IMG/VR virus record: IMGVR_UViG_3300032373_000026
Coordinates: 1-45,583 of that record
Strand: one strand, 5' to 3'
Source of the DNA: a virus
Lineage: Duplodnaviria > Caudoviricetes
DNA: 45,583 nt
Each line of letters starts with the position of its first letter. The first letter of the stretch is position 1. Below are positions 17,851-26,241 of the stretch, one piece after another. A program made the translations under genes and the position numbers. The notes beneath the pieces are model-generated. The model saw only the letters and a program-made list of their open reading frames with translations. It did not search any database and had not been told where the DNA came from.

Positions 17851-18822
17851 TCAAGCAGCCGCGATGCGGTGAACGAAACGCACGATGCGAACGTTCTTCT
17901 GCTCATAGACACGCGACCAGTTGCCAGCCGTCGCCAGCTCGGCATTGGTCGGCGTGTCAGCGGAGGCGGTGCCGGTCCACTTGATCCCGCGTGGGTGCAG
18001 GACGAAGTGACGACGTGAGACGAGGTATTCCTCGCCACCGCCGACCAGCGCGTTGCGCTCGATCTCGGTCGGGACCTTCGGAGTGCCCTCGCCGTAACCG
18101 ATCGCGCCCTGGCCGAAGAGGTAGGACGTGTAGACGCCATTGCTCACCGGCATGCTGTCATCCACGATGACGCGCTTGCCCTGATAGGTGGCGATGGTCG
18201 GCTTGCCCTCGTCATCGGCCAGATAGTCGATGAGACCCTGCTTGCGCATCAGGCGTTCGGTTGCCGAGTGCACGGCGATGGCCGAGAGCTTGGTTTCCGA
18301 GTCGCCCAGCGTGCCGCCGGCGTCGATGAAGGCTTCACCATCCAGAACAGCGGACGCACCGGATAGACCGGAGATGTCCAGGGTGTTCTGCGCCGGGGAC
18401 TCCGCCGCCAGAGCGCCCATCGCGCCGTTGAGGGTGGAGATCATGCAGGCCTGCCAGCGACGGTTCCACTTGTCGGCGACAAGCGTTGCGATGGCATCCA
18501 TCGGGTCATCACCAGCCAGAGCGCCAGCGAGGTCCTTGGCACCATAGACGAGCGCGCGACCGTTCAGGACGGCAACGTCCTGCGCGGTGCCGATGTTCGC
18601 CACGGTGAGGTCGGCGCCGGTCGTCAGGATTTGGTCGTCACCGGCCAGGTCCTGCCAGAACGGCATCTGGACCTCGGAACCGCCACCACCACCGAGATTG
18701 AGGTCCGCAACGGGAACCACAATGCCGGATTGGAAGAAGTCCGAGAGCTCGGCAGTGCGCTCGATCATGTAAGGGTTGAAGATTTCGGGGACGATCACAT
18801 CGCCCAGAACGGTAGCAGCCAT
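17851..18822 (-). CDS. Major capsid protein
   Basis: 323 aa; 'T.L.DVIVPE.F..Y', 'MPFW.DL.GD', 'GDDPM.AI', 'G..VIVDD.MP', 'HP.G..W...PT..EL....NW.RV...K'. Confidence 0.93.
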   Translation of the reverse strand: MAATVLGDVIVPEIFNPYMIERTAELSDFFQSGIVVPVADLNLGGGGGSEVQMPFWQDLAGDDQILTTGADLTVANIGTAQDVAVLNGRALVYGAKDLAGALAGDDPMDAIATLVADKWNRRWQACMISTLNGAMGALAAESPAQNTLDISGLSGASAVLDGEAFIDAGGTLGDSETKLSAIAVHSATERLMRKQGLIDYLADDEGKPTIATYQGKRVIVDDSMPVSNGVYTSYLFGQGAIGYGEGTPKVPTEIERNALVGGGEEYLVSRRHFVLHPRGIKWTGTASADTPTNAELATAGNWSRVYEQKNVRIVRFVHRIAAA

Positions 18823-18940
18823 AGTGGTTTCTCCTTAGATGGCTGGTTTCACTGAGAAATCAGCCTCGCCACTGGCAGGCTGCGGTCGGGGTGCGGGCAC
18901 TGCCCGCGGGGCGAACGGCACTCGGGCCGTATTCGGGGGG

Positions 18941-19750
18941 TCAGGCCTCGATTGGCTTGCGCGCCATGAGGGCCTTTTCCAGATCCTTGAAGCCGGCCTG
19001 CACTGCGGCCTTCTCGGCTTTTGCCAGATCGGATGTTTTCAGCCGCGATTGCTCGGTTTTGTTCCAGGCCTTCGCGGTGAAGGGGTTATTGTCGAGCTTG
19101 CGTCCATCGGAGCCGGTCGCACCGATACCTTGAGCCTTCGACACGTATTTCTGTCCGCGGTCCGAGCTGGCCCAATCGGCGACGTAGCGGTCAAGCGAGA
19201 CATCGCCCATGTCCGTTTCGACAAGCGCGCTCACGCCATCATCGGATTCGTCCAGCTTGATCTTGGCGCGCTGCTTGAGACCCGGAAGAATGTCTTCCTT
19301 GAAGTCCGGGTTGATGTTCGCCTTGTCCATCGCGCGGGACAGCCCCTCGTCAACAGTCAGGCGTTCGAGTTGGCCGCGCAGCTTCTTGGCCTCATCGGCC
19401 TTTTTCGCAAGCTCGCTCTGATGCTTCTTTTCGAGTTGCTCACGAACCCGGACGAGTTGCTCATCCTTCTGCGGCTCCTTGCCATCGGACGCGGCCTTGA
19501 GGGCCTCATAGGCGTCGGCATCGAAATCGTCAGGCAGGCCGTCGAGGCGGGCGAGAGCTTCGTCCAGCTTACCCTGGACCTCCGCGCGCTTGGCCTTCTC
19601 ATGATCCTTGGCCCGGCGCAGCGGCCCGGTCTCGGGGTGGTCTTTCAGGCCCTCGATCTTGAGGATGAATTTGTCATCCTGCTCGTCGTAATAAGCCTGC
19701 AGGGCCTCATCAACTTGATCGAGGCTGTCGATTACTGCTTTCAAAGCCAC
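18941..19750 (-). CDS. Capsid scaffolding protein
   Basis: 'MALKA..DSLD.V.E.L...Y.E.D.KF.L.IEG', coiled coil, C-terminal 'NPF....WN.TEQ..L'; GTG start with AAGGAG RBS. Confidence 0.85.
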   Translation of the reverse strand: MALKAVIDSLDQVDEALQAYYDEQDDKFILKIEGLKDHPETGPLRRAKDHEKAKRAEVQGKLDEALARLDGLPDDFDADAYEALKAASDGKEPQKDEQLVRVREQLEKKHQSELAKKADEAKKLRGQLERLTVDEGLSRAMDKANINPDFKEDILPGLKQRAKIKLDESDDGVSALVETDMGDVSLDRYVADWASSDRGQKYVSKAQGIGATGSDGRKLDNNPFTAKAWNKTEQSRLKTSDLAKAEKAAVQAGFKDLEKALMARKPIEA

Positions 19751-19788
19751 TGGCTTTCTCCTTGGGTGATTGCCGCACTGCGGCCATG

Positions 19789-19813
19789 AAAAACCCCGCT
19801 CGATGGCGGGGGT
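19789..19813 (-). terminator. Intrinsic terminator between portal and scaffold genes
   Basis: CCCCGC-CATCGA-GCGGGG followed by TTTTT. Confidence 0.7.
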
Positions 19814-19815
19814 GG

Positions 19816-21189
19816 TCAGGGAAGAGCGCCGCTCTCATCCATTGACGGGAGGCGGATATTTCCGCCCTCCTCGATCAGCTTGACCTCGTCATCCCAATCG
19901 CGATCAGGGCTAGCGACGCCCCCGTCTTGCAGATTGGTGTAGGCCGTCTCGCCGGAGATCAGGCCCTTGTCCCAGAGGTTCATGATCGAGCCCATTTCTT
20001 CCGGGCTCATCTTGCGATCCACCAGTGATGTCGGCGGGGTCACAGTGATGTTTTGCGCTTCGGCTTCGGACAAACCATGAAGCAGGGCCGCATAGCGCAG
20101 TGAGCGTTCAAGCGCGGCGCATGATGCGTGCGCGATCGACACCAGGCTGGCCGTCTCCGCCGTGAAGCGGATGCGCAGGGCGTCCCCGCTCTCGGCTGAC
20201 TTGTCGCCGGAATTGAAAAGCCGGGCGCCCGCATTGGCGGCGTCGGCCTTCTCGTCCTCGATGGCGGTCTTGTGTGCCGCGATACCGATACCGGACGGGC
20301 CGACATATTTCATGTCGGGAGTAACGCCTTCGCCGCCCTGGAGGGACACGCAAGCGCCGGCCCCAACAGCGTCCGGGGCCTCACCATTGATCACGACAAG
20401 CGTTTCCTGCCCGCTCATGAAGAGCTGCCAGCGGTAGTCTGCCGAGAGCTGATACATCGAGACGGCGGGGCGTGCGATGCCGATCAGGGGCGGCGTTTCG
20501 GTCTTCAGAGACAGGTCACGGGGACCGGCCACAACCAGCGGGATTTCGGTCAGCGCTTCACGGCGGGCGGTGGTCGGTTGCGCCGCGCCATCCATCGTCT
20601 TACCGGCCGCATTGTAGCGAGTGGCGGTATAACGCCCGTCGATCAGCTCAAGCGCGAGGAATTGCTCTTGATGGGTCCAGCCGAAACCGTCCCGCACAAG
20701 GCCGCTCTCATCGAGCACATAGAGCTGGCGAGCTTCGTCCCAGTTGATCAGGGATTCGGCGCTGTAGCCTGCGAGGTACGGGTTTCCGCTCTCCGGTGCG
20801 TCCGCAAGGATGGCATAGCGCCCGACTTCAAGTATCTGGCCAGTCACGCGGCGGTGGAAAGCCTCAAGCGGAAGCCCGTCTGCCGTCGCGCGCTCCCAGA
20901 TCCAGTCCATGCGCTCAGGCAGTTCGATCTGGATTTCAGCCTGGTGGATGACGCCCACCATTGCCTGCACAGCCGGGTTTACGATCTCAGGAAAGCGGGC
21001 GCGCTTCTGGTAGGCCGCGTAGAAGGCTTTGCCCTTGTCCGGCTGGGCCGCGAACCCGCTCGGCTTGGGCAGATAGCGTTCCCCCTGCCCTTTCACGGCG
21101 CTCTCGCCCCGCACGGCGTCCCGCATCAGCGTCCATTCGTCTTCCCGGTCGAGATAGTCCGGGTGTTTGTCTGAGGGCGATCCGGCCAT
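19816..21189 (-). CDS. Portal protein (DUF4055-like)
   Basis: 'HPDY......W...RD...G...VK..G..YLP', 'Y..RA.F', 'PPL..IA.....YQ.SADY', 'ES..AL.IR'. Confidence 0.9.
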   Translation of the reverse strand: MAGSPSDKHPDYLDREDEWTLMRDAVRGESAVKGQGERYLPKPSGFAAQPDKGKAFYAAYQKRARFPEIVNPAVQAMVGVIHQAEIQIELPERMDWIWERATADGLPLEAFHRRVTGQILEVGRYAILADAPESGNPYLAGYSAESLINWDEARQLYVLDESGLVRDGFGWTHQEQFLALELIDGRYTATRYNAAGKTMDGAAQPTTARREALTEIPLVVAGPRDLSLKTETPPLIGIARPAVSMYQLSADYRWQLFMSGQETLVVINGEAPDAVGAGACVSLQGGEGVTPDMKYVGPSGIGIAAHKTAIEDEKADAANAGARLFNSGDKSAESGDALRIRFTAETASLVSIAHASCAALERSLRYAALLHGLSEAEAQNITVTPPTSLVDRKMSPEEMGSIMNLWDKGLISGETAYTNLQDGGVASPDRDWDDEVKLIEEGGNIRLPSMDESGALP

Positions 21190-21190
21190 G

Positions 21191-22540
21191 TCAGTAAAGC
21201 CCCCTTACGGTAGAGGTTGAGGTTTCAGGCTTTGCGCCAAGCATCAATTCCGTGATCAGCCAGACCAGCGCGTCGGCCCGGTCGGGAGAGCCCTCGCCGA
21301 CATATCCAGACGCGGTGAAATTCACCATCTGGTCTTCAAGTTCCGGGAAGTCTCCGACGTGGTGAACCTTGCGCTGCTCATAGAGAGCGGATATCGGCTC
21401 TGCGCGGACGGCCTTGCCGCGACTGGCGACCACCTCCTTGAAGGCCGCGGCCTTGTCGGCGGTGGCGACAGTGAAGCGCACCATGTCCCCGCCGTAGTTG
21501 CGCTCTCCGACAATTCTGTCAGCGCCGTGGCGGTGGTATAAATCAACAGCCCGTCGCCCCCACCCTTCAGGGGAGAGATTGCACGTGCCATCCTCAAGAA
21601 TGTATCCGTGGCCATCGAAACCAATGCCACCAACCACGATGCCGATGTCATCGCCGCCGCCATCGCCGCGCGTTCCCGACGGGTCAACAGCGACCACGAT
21701 CCGGCGAAGCTCCGGGGCCTTGGCGACACGCAAACTGTCCAGGCCTGGCATAACCTTGCCGTCCGGCGACTTGCGGTCCTCCAACGCCCAGAGCGCGCCG
21801 TTGACTTCCGACGCCCATTCTCCCGCCTCAAACCGGAGCCGCTTCGCCGCGCTCATGGAGGCCAGGACCTCGAAATACTCGCCCGGCAGGTTGTCGGCAT
21901 TGTCGGACGGGTTGATCTTCATTTCCCCGTAGAGGTCGGGATTGGGCAGCGCCTCTTTCGTGCCAGGCTTCACACCGGCGCGGAAAAGCTGAAAGCTCCA
22001 ATGCAGCTTGCTAGGCGGGTTGCAGTCGAAATAAGCCTTGATCGCCAGATATGCCCGACCCGTGGCCGCAGCAATCTCAGGGGCAAGCGCCACCTTCTGC
22101 GCCAATCGGGACAGCGCCGTTTCAACCGATGCCCACGGGATCTGGCTGCTCTCGTTGAAATACAGGGTCGCGTATTCCTGTCCGAGAATCTTCTCGACCC
22201 GCTCCTTGTCGTCCAGCCCGGCAATCCAAACCTGCGATCCATTCGGCAGCTCGACGAAAAAATCAGTCTTGTCCCAACGCACCCGCAAATCAGGAAAGCA
22301 CAGCTTCAAGACCGTGGGCAGCGTATCCGACCACACCGACGTTTTGACGTGGTTGAACCGGAAGCGGAATATCACATGCCGAGAGCCAGGCGCGTTGATT
22401 GCCCGCTGAATAATCGCCCGGACAAGCACGAACGTCTTGCCAGACCGCGACCCGCCGCGAAGCATGATGTATCGCTTGGCGCTGCCCAGCAGCCGGTTGG
22501 CCTCGCGCTGCTTCTCAGTCAGCCGGACGATTTGCGCCAT
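21191..22540 (-). CDS. terL: Terminase large subunit
   Basis: Walker A GGSRSGKT, Walker B LYFNES, 'DCNPP', nuclease 'VAVDPS' and 'SPDRADA'. Confidence 0.95.
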   Translation of the reverse strand: MAQIVRLTEKQREANRLLGSAKRYIMLRGGSRSGKTFVLVRAIIQRAINAPGSRHVIFRFRFNHVKTSVWSDTLPTVLKLCFPDLRVRWDKTDFFVELPNGSQVWIAGLDDKERVEKILGQEYATLYFNESSQIPWASVETALSRLAQKVALAPEIAAATGRAYLAIKAYFDCNPPSKLHWSFQLFRAGVKPGTKEALPNPDLYGEMKINPSDNADNLPGEYFEVLASMSAAKRLRFEAGEWASEVNGALWALEDRKSPDGKVMPGLDSLRVAKAPELRRIVVAVDPSGTRGDGGGDDIGIVVGGIGFDGHGYILEDGTCNLSPEGWGRRAVDLYHRHGADRIVGERNYGGDMVRFTVATADKAAAFKEVVASRGKAVRAEPISALYEQRKVHHVGDFPELEDQMVNFTASGYVGEGSPDRADALVWLITELMLGAKPETSTSTVRGLY

Positions 22541-23016
22541 TACAGCTCAGCGTCGTCTTGCGTGACCTTCAGGTTCATCGTGGCGACGGTTTCCGTCTTG
22601 TCAGTTAGGCCCAGATCGCGGGCGATGATGTTGGCATTCAGCAGGTCCGCAGCGGCGCCGGCGAACTTCTGAGAGCGAATAATCTCTTCGACACGCGATG
22701 TGACCGCCAGAAAGTCGGGACGCTCCCCATAGTCTTTCCATGTCTGCCGGGCGATATCGAGGAAGATGCAAAGCCCCTCAATCGTCATGGCTCGCATCTT
22801 GGCGACATTGGCAATCGTCACGGTTCCCTGAAACGCGAAGGGCTTGGCCTCGTACAGGGGGTTGTCCTCGACCCATGCGAAATATTCTTTTGCTGCCGTC
22901 CACAGGGCTTCCGGGGATTCGAATATCGGATTGCGGCCGTGAGAGCTGCGCGCTTCCCAGAAGCGGTTTCCAGGAAGGAAGCGCCCCGTCTCTTCGTCGC
23001 GATCACCACCAGCCAT
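22540..23016 (-). CDS. terS: Terminase small subunit, P22 gp3-like
   Basis: '[21 protein letters not shown]...EYF.WVE.NPL', 'KMRAMT..GLC.FLD', '[21 protein letters not shown]' as in P22 gp3. Confidence 0.9.
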   Translation of the reverse strand: MAGGDRDEETGRFLPGNRFWEARSSHGRNPIFESPEALWTAAKEYFAWVEDNPLYEAKPFAFQGTVTIANVAKMRAMTIEGLCIFLDIARQTWKDYGERPDFLAVTSRVEEIIRSQKFAGAAADLLNANIIARDLGLTDKTETVATMNLKVTQDDAEL

Positions 23017-23020
23017 CAGC

Positions 23021-23137
23021 TCACCCTCCGGCCTGTGTCATCACCCATACGGCACCACACAGAGCGCCAAGGGAAAAAGCTGCCAGCATTCCAGCAGTGA
23101 GGATGGATTCGGTGATGGTATGTTCACGTTCGGTCAT
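23021..23137 (-). CDS. Small membrane peptide (38 aa)
   Basis: [38 protein letters not shown]; fills the gap upstream of terS. Confidence 0.5.
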   Translation of the reverse strand: MTEREHTITESILTAGMLAAFSLGALCGAVWVMTQAGG

Positions 23138-23138
23138 G

Positions 23139-23348
23139 TCAGGCGTCGCTTTCCATGATGATGGTCGCCTCGAACTCTGCTTCCAGGTGAGGCGTGCCGT
23201 CCGGGTCGATCCATGCAGTCGCTGCCATAGCTCCCGATGCCTTGGCCCGGTCGAGCATGGCCCCCAGCATTTCGATCTGCGTGATCTGGCCGCCGGTCAG
23301 GCCGAATGACTGGCTCATGATGCTTTCGGGCACGGTTGGCTTGGTCAT
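23139..23348 (-). CDS. Hypothetical protein
   Basis: ATG at 23348 with GGAGGG RBS. Confidence 0.6.
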   Translation of the reverse strand: MTKPTVPESIMSQSFGLTGGQITQIEMLGAMLDRAKASGAMAATAWIDPDGTPHLEAEFEATIIMESDA

Positions 23349-23435
23349 TTCGCGATTCCCTCCGGCACCTATATAGGCTATAAAGTTGACCTGCTGCGGT
23401 CTAAACCCGCGTTTTCCGCTCCCGGAGCTGATGTT

Positions 23436-23648
23436 TTGCCTGATTTCCAAGCCCGCTCTCTGGACTGGTATCTAGATCAACTCGGATGGACGAAGGCCGA
23501 ACTAGCGCACAGGCTGGGCAGGTCGGCAGAAGCCGCTACACGGTGGGGCAATGAGCCGCCTCAATACGCCCTCGCCTATCTGGCGCTGGCGCTGGAACTC
23601 AAAGCCGTCAGGGATGTTGCGGGTAAAGCACTGGAAAGGACGAAGTGA
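23436..23648 (+). CDS. Small XRE-type HTH protein
   Basis: 'LDQLGWTKAELAHRLGRSAEAATRW...P....AYL'. Confidence 0.7.
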   Translation: MPDFQARSLDWYLDQLGWTKAELAHRLGRSAEAATRWGNEPPQYALAYLALALELKAVRDVAGKALERTK

Positions 23649-23917
23649 TGGGCGAGAAAATCACCTACACAACCCACACAGAGGCCGATACGGCTTGGGT
23701 TAAGGGTAAGCATGAGGTTGATGGCGAGCTAAACGGGCACCGCGCATCCATCGTGACGGAGCAATCCGCGATGACGGTCATACACCCCGGAACCCCGCCA
23801 ACCGAACACCCCGTTGATGCCATGCTGGCTATGGGCGTTGAATTGACGCCAGAACGGGAAGCCCGATTGCGAGCGCTCTGTGATGAGCCGGTTGAACTGA
23901 CAGAGGGAACGAAGTGA
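23648..23917 (+). CDS. Hypothetical protein
   Basis: AAGGA RBS, TGATG coupling. Confidence 0.65.
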   Translation: MGEKITYTTHTEADTAWVKGKHEVDGELNGHRASIVTEQSAMTVIHPGTPPTEHPVDAMLAMGVELTPEREARLRALCDEPVELTEGTK

Positions 23918-24324
23918 TGGACATCACGGCTCGAAGGGCTCGTATCGAGCGAGTAATTGAACGCTTCACAGGGCAACCGGGCGGGCCGTTCGCGGCCGCA
24001 GCGCTCGCCGGTACCCTCTTTCCCAACTCAATGCGCTTAGCGGAGCGGTGGGGTGCCCTGCAAATGCTGGCGCCAAGAGAGACGCTGGACGCGATCCAGA
24101 CCGTCGGGCGCACAACCGTCATCAGTGCGTCGGGCTTGATCGAATGGGCTTTGCCTGTGTACCGCCGTGGCTTCGCAACGCGCGAAGAGGTCATGCAGCT
24201 GATCGACGCCCTGCCCAGCCCGAAGACTCAAGACCTGATTGCTGCATACCGTTCCGGTAGCAAGGTCGACATCAAGACTATCGACACGGCCATCCGGGCT
24301 ACGGCATCCGCTCTATCCAGTTGA
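23917..24324 (+). CDS. Hypothetical protein; stop codon lies within an antisense tRNA remnant
   Basis: GAGGG RBS, TGATG coupling. Confidence 0.65.
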   Translation: MDITARRARIERVIERFTGQPGGPFAAAALAGTLFPNSMRLAERWGALQMLAPRETLDAIQTVGRTTVISASGLIEWALPVYRRGFATREEVMQLIDALPSPKTQDLIAAYRSGSKVDIKTIDTAIRATASALSS

Positions 24325-24335
24325 GCTACGGGGTG
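24303..24335 (-). pseudogene. 5' half of a tRNA (Arg-like D arm), truncated at the anticodon loop
   Basis: Minus strand CACCCCG-TA-GCTC-AACTGGATA-GAGC-G-GATGC-C; no matching 3' half found. Confidence 0.7.
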
Positions 24336-24539
24336 GGGACCATATTGCCAGCGTCGGGAAGATGATGCGGCCAAGTCGGGACCGCAAACCCCATCCGCCG
24401 CGCCTAACACAGCGACTACCTGTGCAATGCGAGTATAGGCGCTCGACCAATGGGGTCACTGTAGGCAACCCTTCCTCCGGCCCTCGGTTCAAGGATTGTC
24501 AGAGTGAGTGTGACCGGGGAAGGGTGTTTGGACATGACA

Positions 24540-24570
24540 AAGCGCCCGGCCCGCTATGGACTAGGCGCTT
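24540..24570 (-). terminator. Candidate late-leader terminator/attenuator
   Basis: AAGCGCC...GGCGCTT stem followed by a short TGTC tail (weak U tract). Confidence 0.4.
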
Positions 24571-24680
24571 GCCTATCGACTTCCAGTGCGCCGCTCGGCT
24601 GACAGGTGCCTCGGCAGTCCTGCCGTGAGTGCTGCGGATCGGTTCCACTGGGGCGGGTCGAGCCCGCCATATCTGGTGTC

Positions 24681-24710
24681 AATCTACGCCTGATCCGGGG
24701 GCAGGGTCAA
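24681..24710 (-). promoter_or_regulatory. Putative late promoter (pR'-like)
   Basis: TTGACC-18 bp-TAGATT immediately downstream of the NusG-like gene. Confidence 0.6.
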
Positions 24711-24717
24711 TATCTAG

Positions 24718-25299
24718 TTACGCGGCTTTCGGCTCGAGGTCCATGTCTTCCACGGAGACGGGAATATCGACCTCCTTTCCAAGCAGATCACGCTTGAAGT
24801 GGGCCACGCCGTCCGCGATCTCTCGAATGGTCAGGACCTCGCCCGCAAGAATGCCATCCGTGATGCGGACGCGCTCGCCCGGCTGGAACCGCTCAAGATC
24901 GGCCGGCGCTTCATCGTGGAGCTCGAAGAGAGGCGTTGTCGCCGCCTTCATGACCTGCTGAATATCATCGACGTTGATCACCCGGGGAAAGCCCGTAGAG
25001 GGGTTCGCAAGGCAACCAATGATCAGATGGACCTCAGAGAGCCGATACCAGTCGAGACGGTTTACTCCCTCACCCACGAAGACGATGGACTTGTACGCTG
25101 GGAATTGGGTCTTCTTCGGCTCGGCATAGCGGCTCTTTTTGCGCCAACGCCATTCGGACGGAACAAAGGCCGTGATACCCATATCCGAGAGAACCCGTTG
25201 CAACCGATACTCGCCCTGCGGTCGGGCTTTCAAGGCGTACCAGGTCAGCCGACCGGCTTGCTCGCGCTCTCTACGGGTGAGATTGCGGAATTGCGTCAT
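24718..25299 (-). CDS. NusG-family (NGN + KOW) antiterminator in the Q position
   Basis: 'WYAL...P..E......L...GI..FVP', 'FP.Y...FV', KOW 'FQPGERVRITDG..AG....I'. Confidence 0.88.
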   Translation of the reverse strand: MTQFRNLTRREREQAGRLTWYALKARPQGEYRLQRVLSDMGITAFVPSEWRWRKKSRYAEPKKTQFPAYKSIVFVGEGVNRLDWYRLSEVHLIIGCLANPSTGFPRVINVDDIQQVMKAATTPLFELHDEAPADLERFQPGERVRITDGILAGEVLTIREIADGVAHFKRDLLGKEVDIPVSVEDMDLEPKAA

Positions 25300-25580
25300 T
25301 GTCCGGTCTCCGTGTTGGGGGTGTAGGTCCAGCTTTCGCGAAGGCCGGTCCCTTCTGGCGTTTCCTCCTTTGTGGCGGGGCGAACGGCCTCGACCAGCAA
25401 CCGCTCCAGCATATCGACTGGGCCGCTGCTGGAGAGAATTTCCAGCGCTACGGCTCTGGCGCCCCCCGCCTTGATTGCGCGCTCGAACCTCTCGACTTGC
25501 TGGCCGGATATCTTCAGCGCGAACTCGACATCCGCAGGCGAAGCTGAAGACCGGAGCGAGCCACCACATTCATTCGTCAT
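25296..25580 (-). CDS. Hypothetical protein
   Basis: ATGA-coupled to the NusG-like gene. Confidence 0.55.
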   Translation of the reverse strand: MTNECGGSLRSSASPADVEFALKISGQQVERFERAIKAGGARAVALEILSSSGPVDMLERLLVEAVRPATKEETPEGTGLRESWTYTPNTETGQ

Positions 25581-25689
25581 CACACACCACCTTTCGATTT
25601 AATCGCGGGAGAAGAGTGCGGGGAGACGTTTTGCGCGCCTCCCCGCTGTTGCTTGCCCGGGCACAGGGCGCATATGTGGAGCTTGCCCG

Positions 25690-26241
25690 TCATGCTGCCG
25701 TGGCGGTCTCGAGCTTTCGGGACGCCATTTCGAGACGTGACTTCGCCCACGACCGTTGCCCGCACTGGCGCTTTGCCAGGCCGAGGATTTCAGCGCGCGT
25801 CGGCCACCAGGGTGACTTCCGAGACCACTGATCCAAAGCCCACAGGGCAACATCGCCCGGCAATTCCGAGAGGTCCTGGACCATGACGCGAACCGCCAGG
25901 TCCGTATCCTGCTCCGAAGTCTCCCGGCGCTTGCAACGCACTGAAAGATAAGCCACCGCCTTGGTCAGATCGGATGGGCTGGCAGGTCGCATTCCGTGAT
26001 CCAGCACTTTCAGCCCATCGCGAATCTGATCCGCGTCCAAGGCCTCGACGCCGCAGGCGCCGAACTCAATCCCGGTCACGACCTGGTAGCTGCCCTCATC
26101 CGGTGGGAACATCGTCGTCGTCCGAAAGGTCAGCGAGCATCCCAGCGCATGCTTCAGCGACTGAATAACCGCCCCTTCGACGTGTCGAGGGTCGATAGGC
26201 TTGGCGGGGTCGCTCTTGGGAATTGCTGGCAGGTTGGTCAT
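25690..26241 (-). CDS. Hypothetical replication-region protein
   Basis: 'L.ELP.DV...A...W......WWPT.AEI' pattern typical of genes next to phage initiators; start uncertain (overlaps the initiator). Confidence 0.65.
   Translation of the reverse strand: MTNLPAIPKSDPAKPIDPRHVEGAVIQSLKHALGCSLTFRTTTMFPPDEGSYQVVTGIEFGACGVEALDADQIRDGLKVLDHGMRPASPSDLTKAVAYLSVRCKRRETSEQDTDLAVRVMVQDLSELPGDVALWALDQWSRKSPWWPTRAEILGLAKRQCGQRSWAKSRLEMASRKLETATAA

Noticed and set aside
1-23016. Gene transfer agent cluster
   Set aside because: Linked to integrase, repressor, replication and recombination genes, so it is a prophage
23021-23137. Holin/lysis cassette
   Set aside because: A single hydrophobic peptide with no endolysin or spanin nearby; lysis genes are probably beyond the left edge
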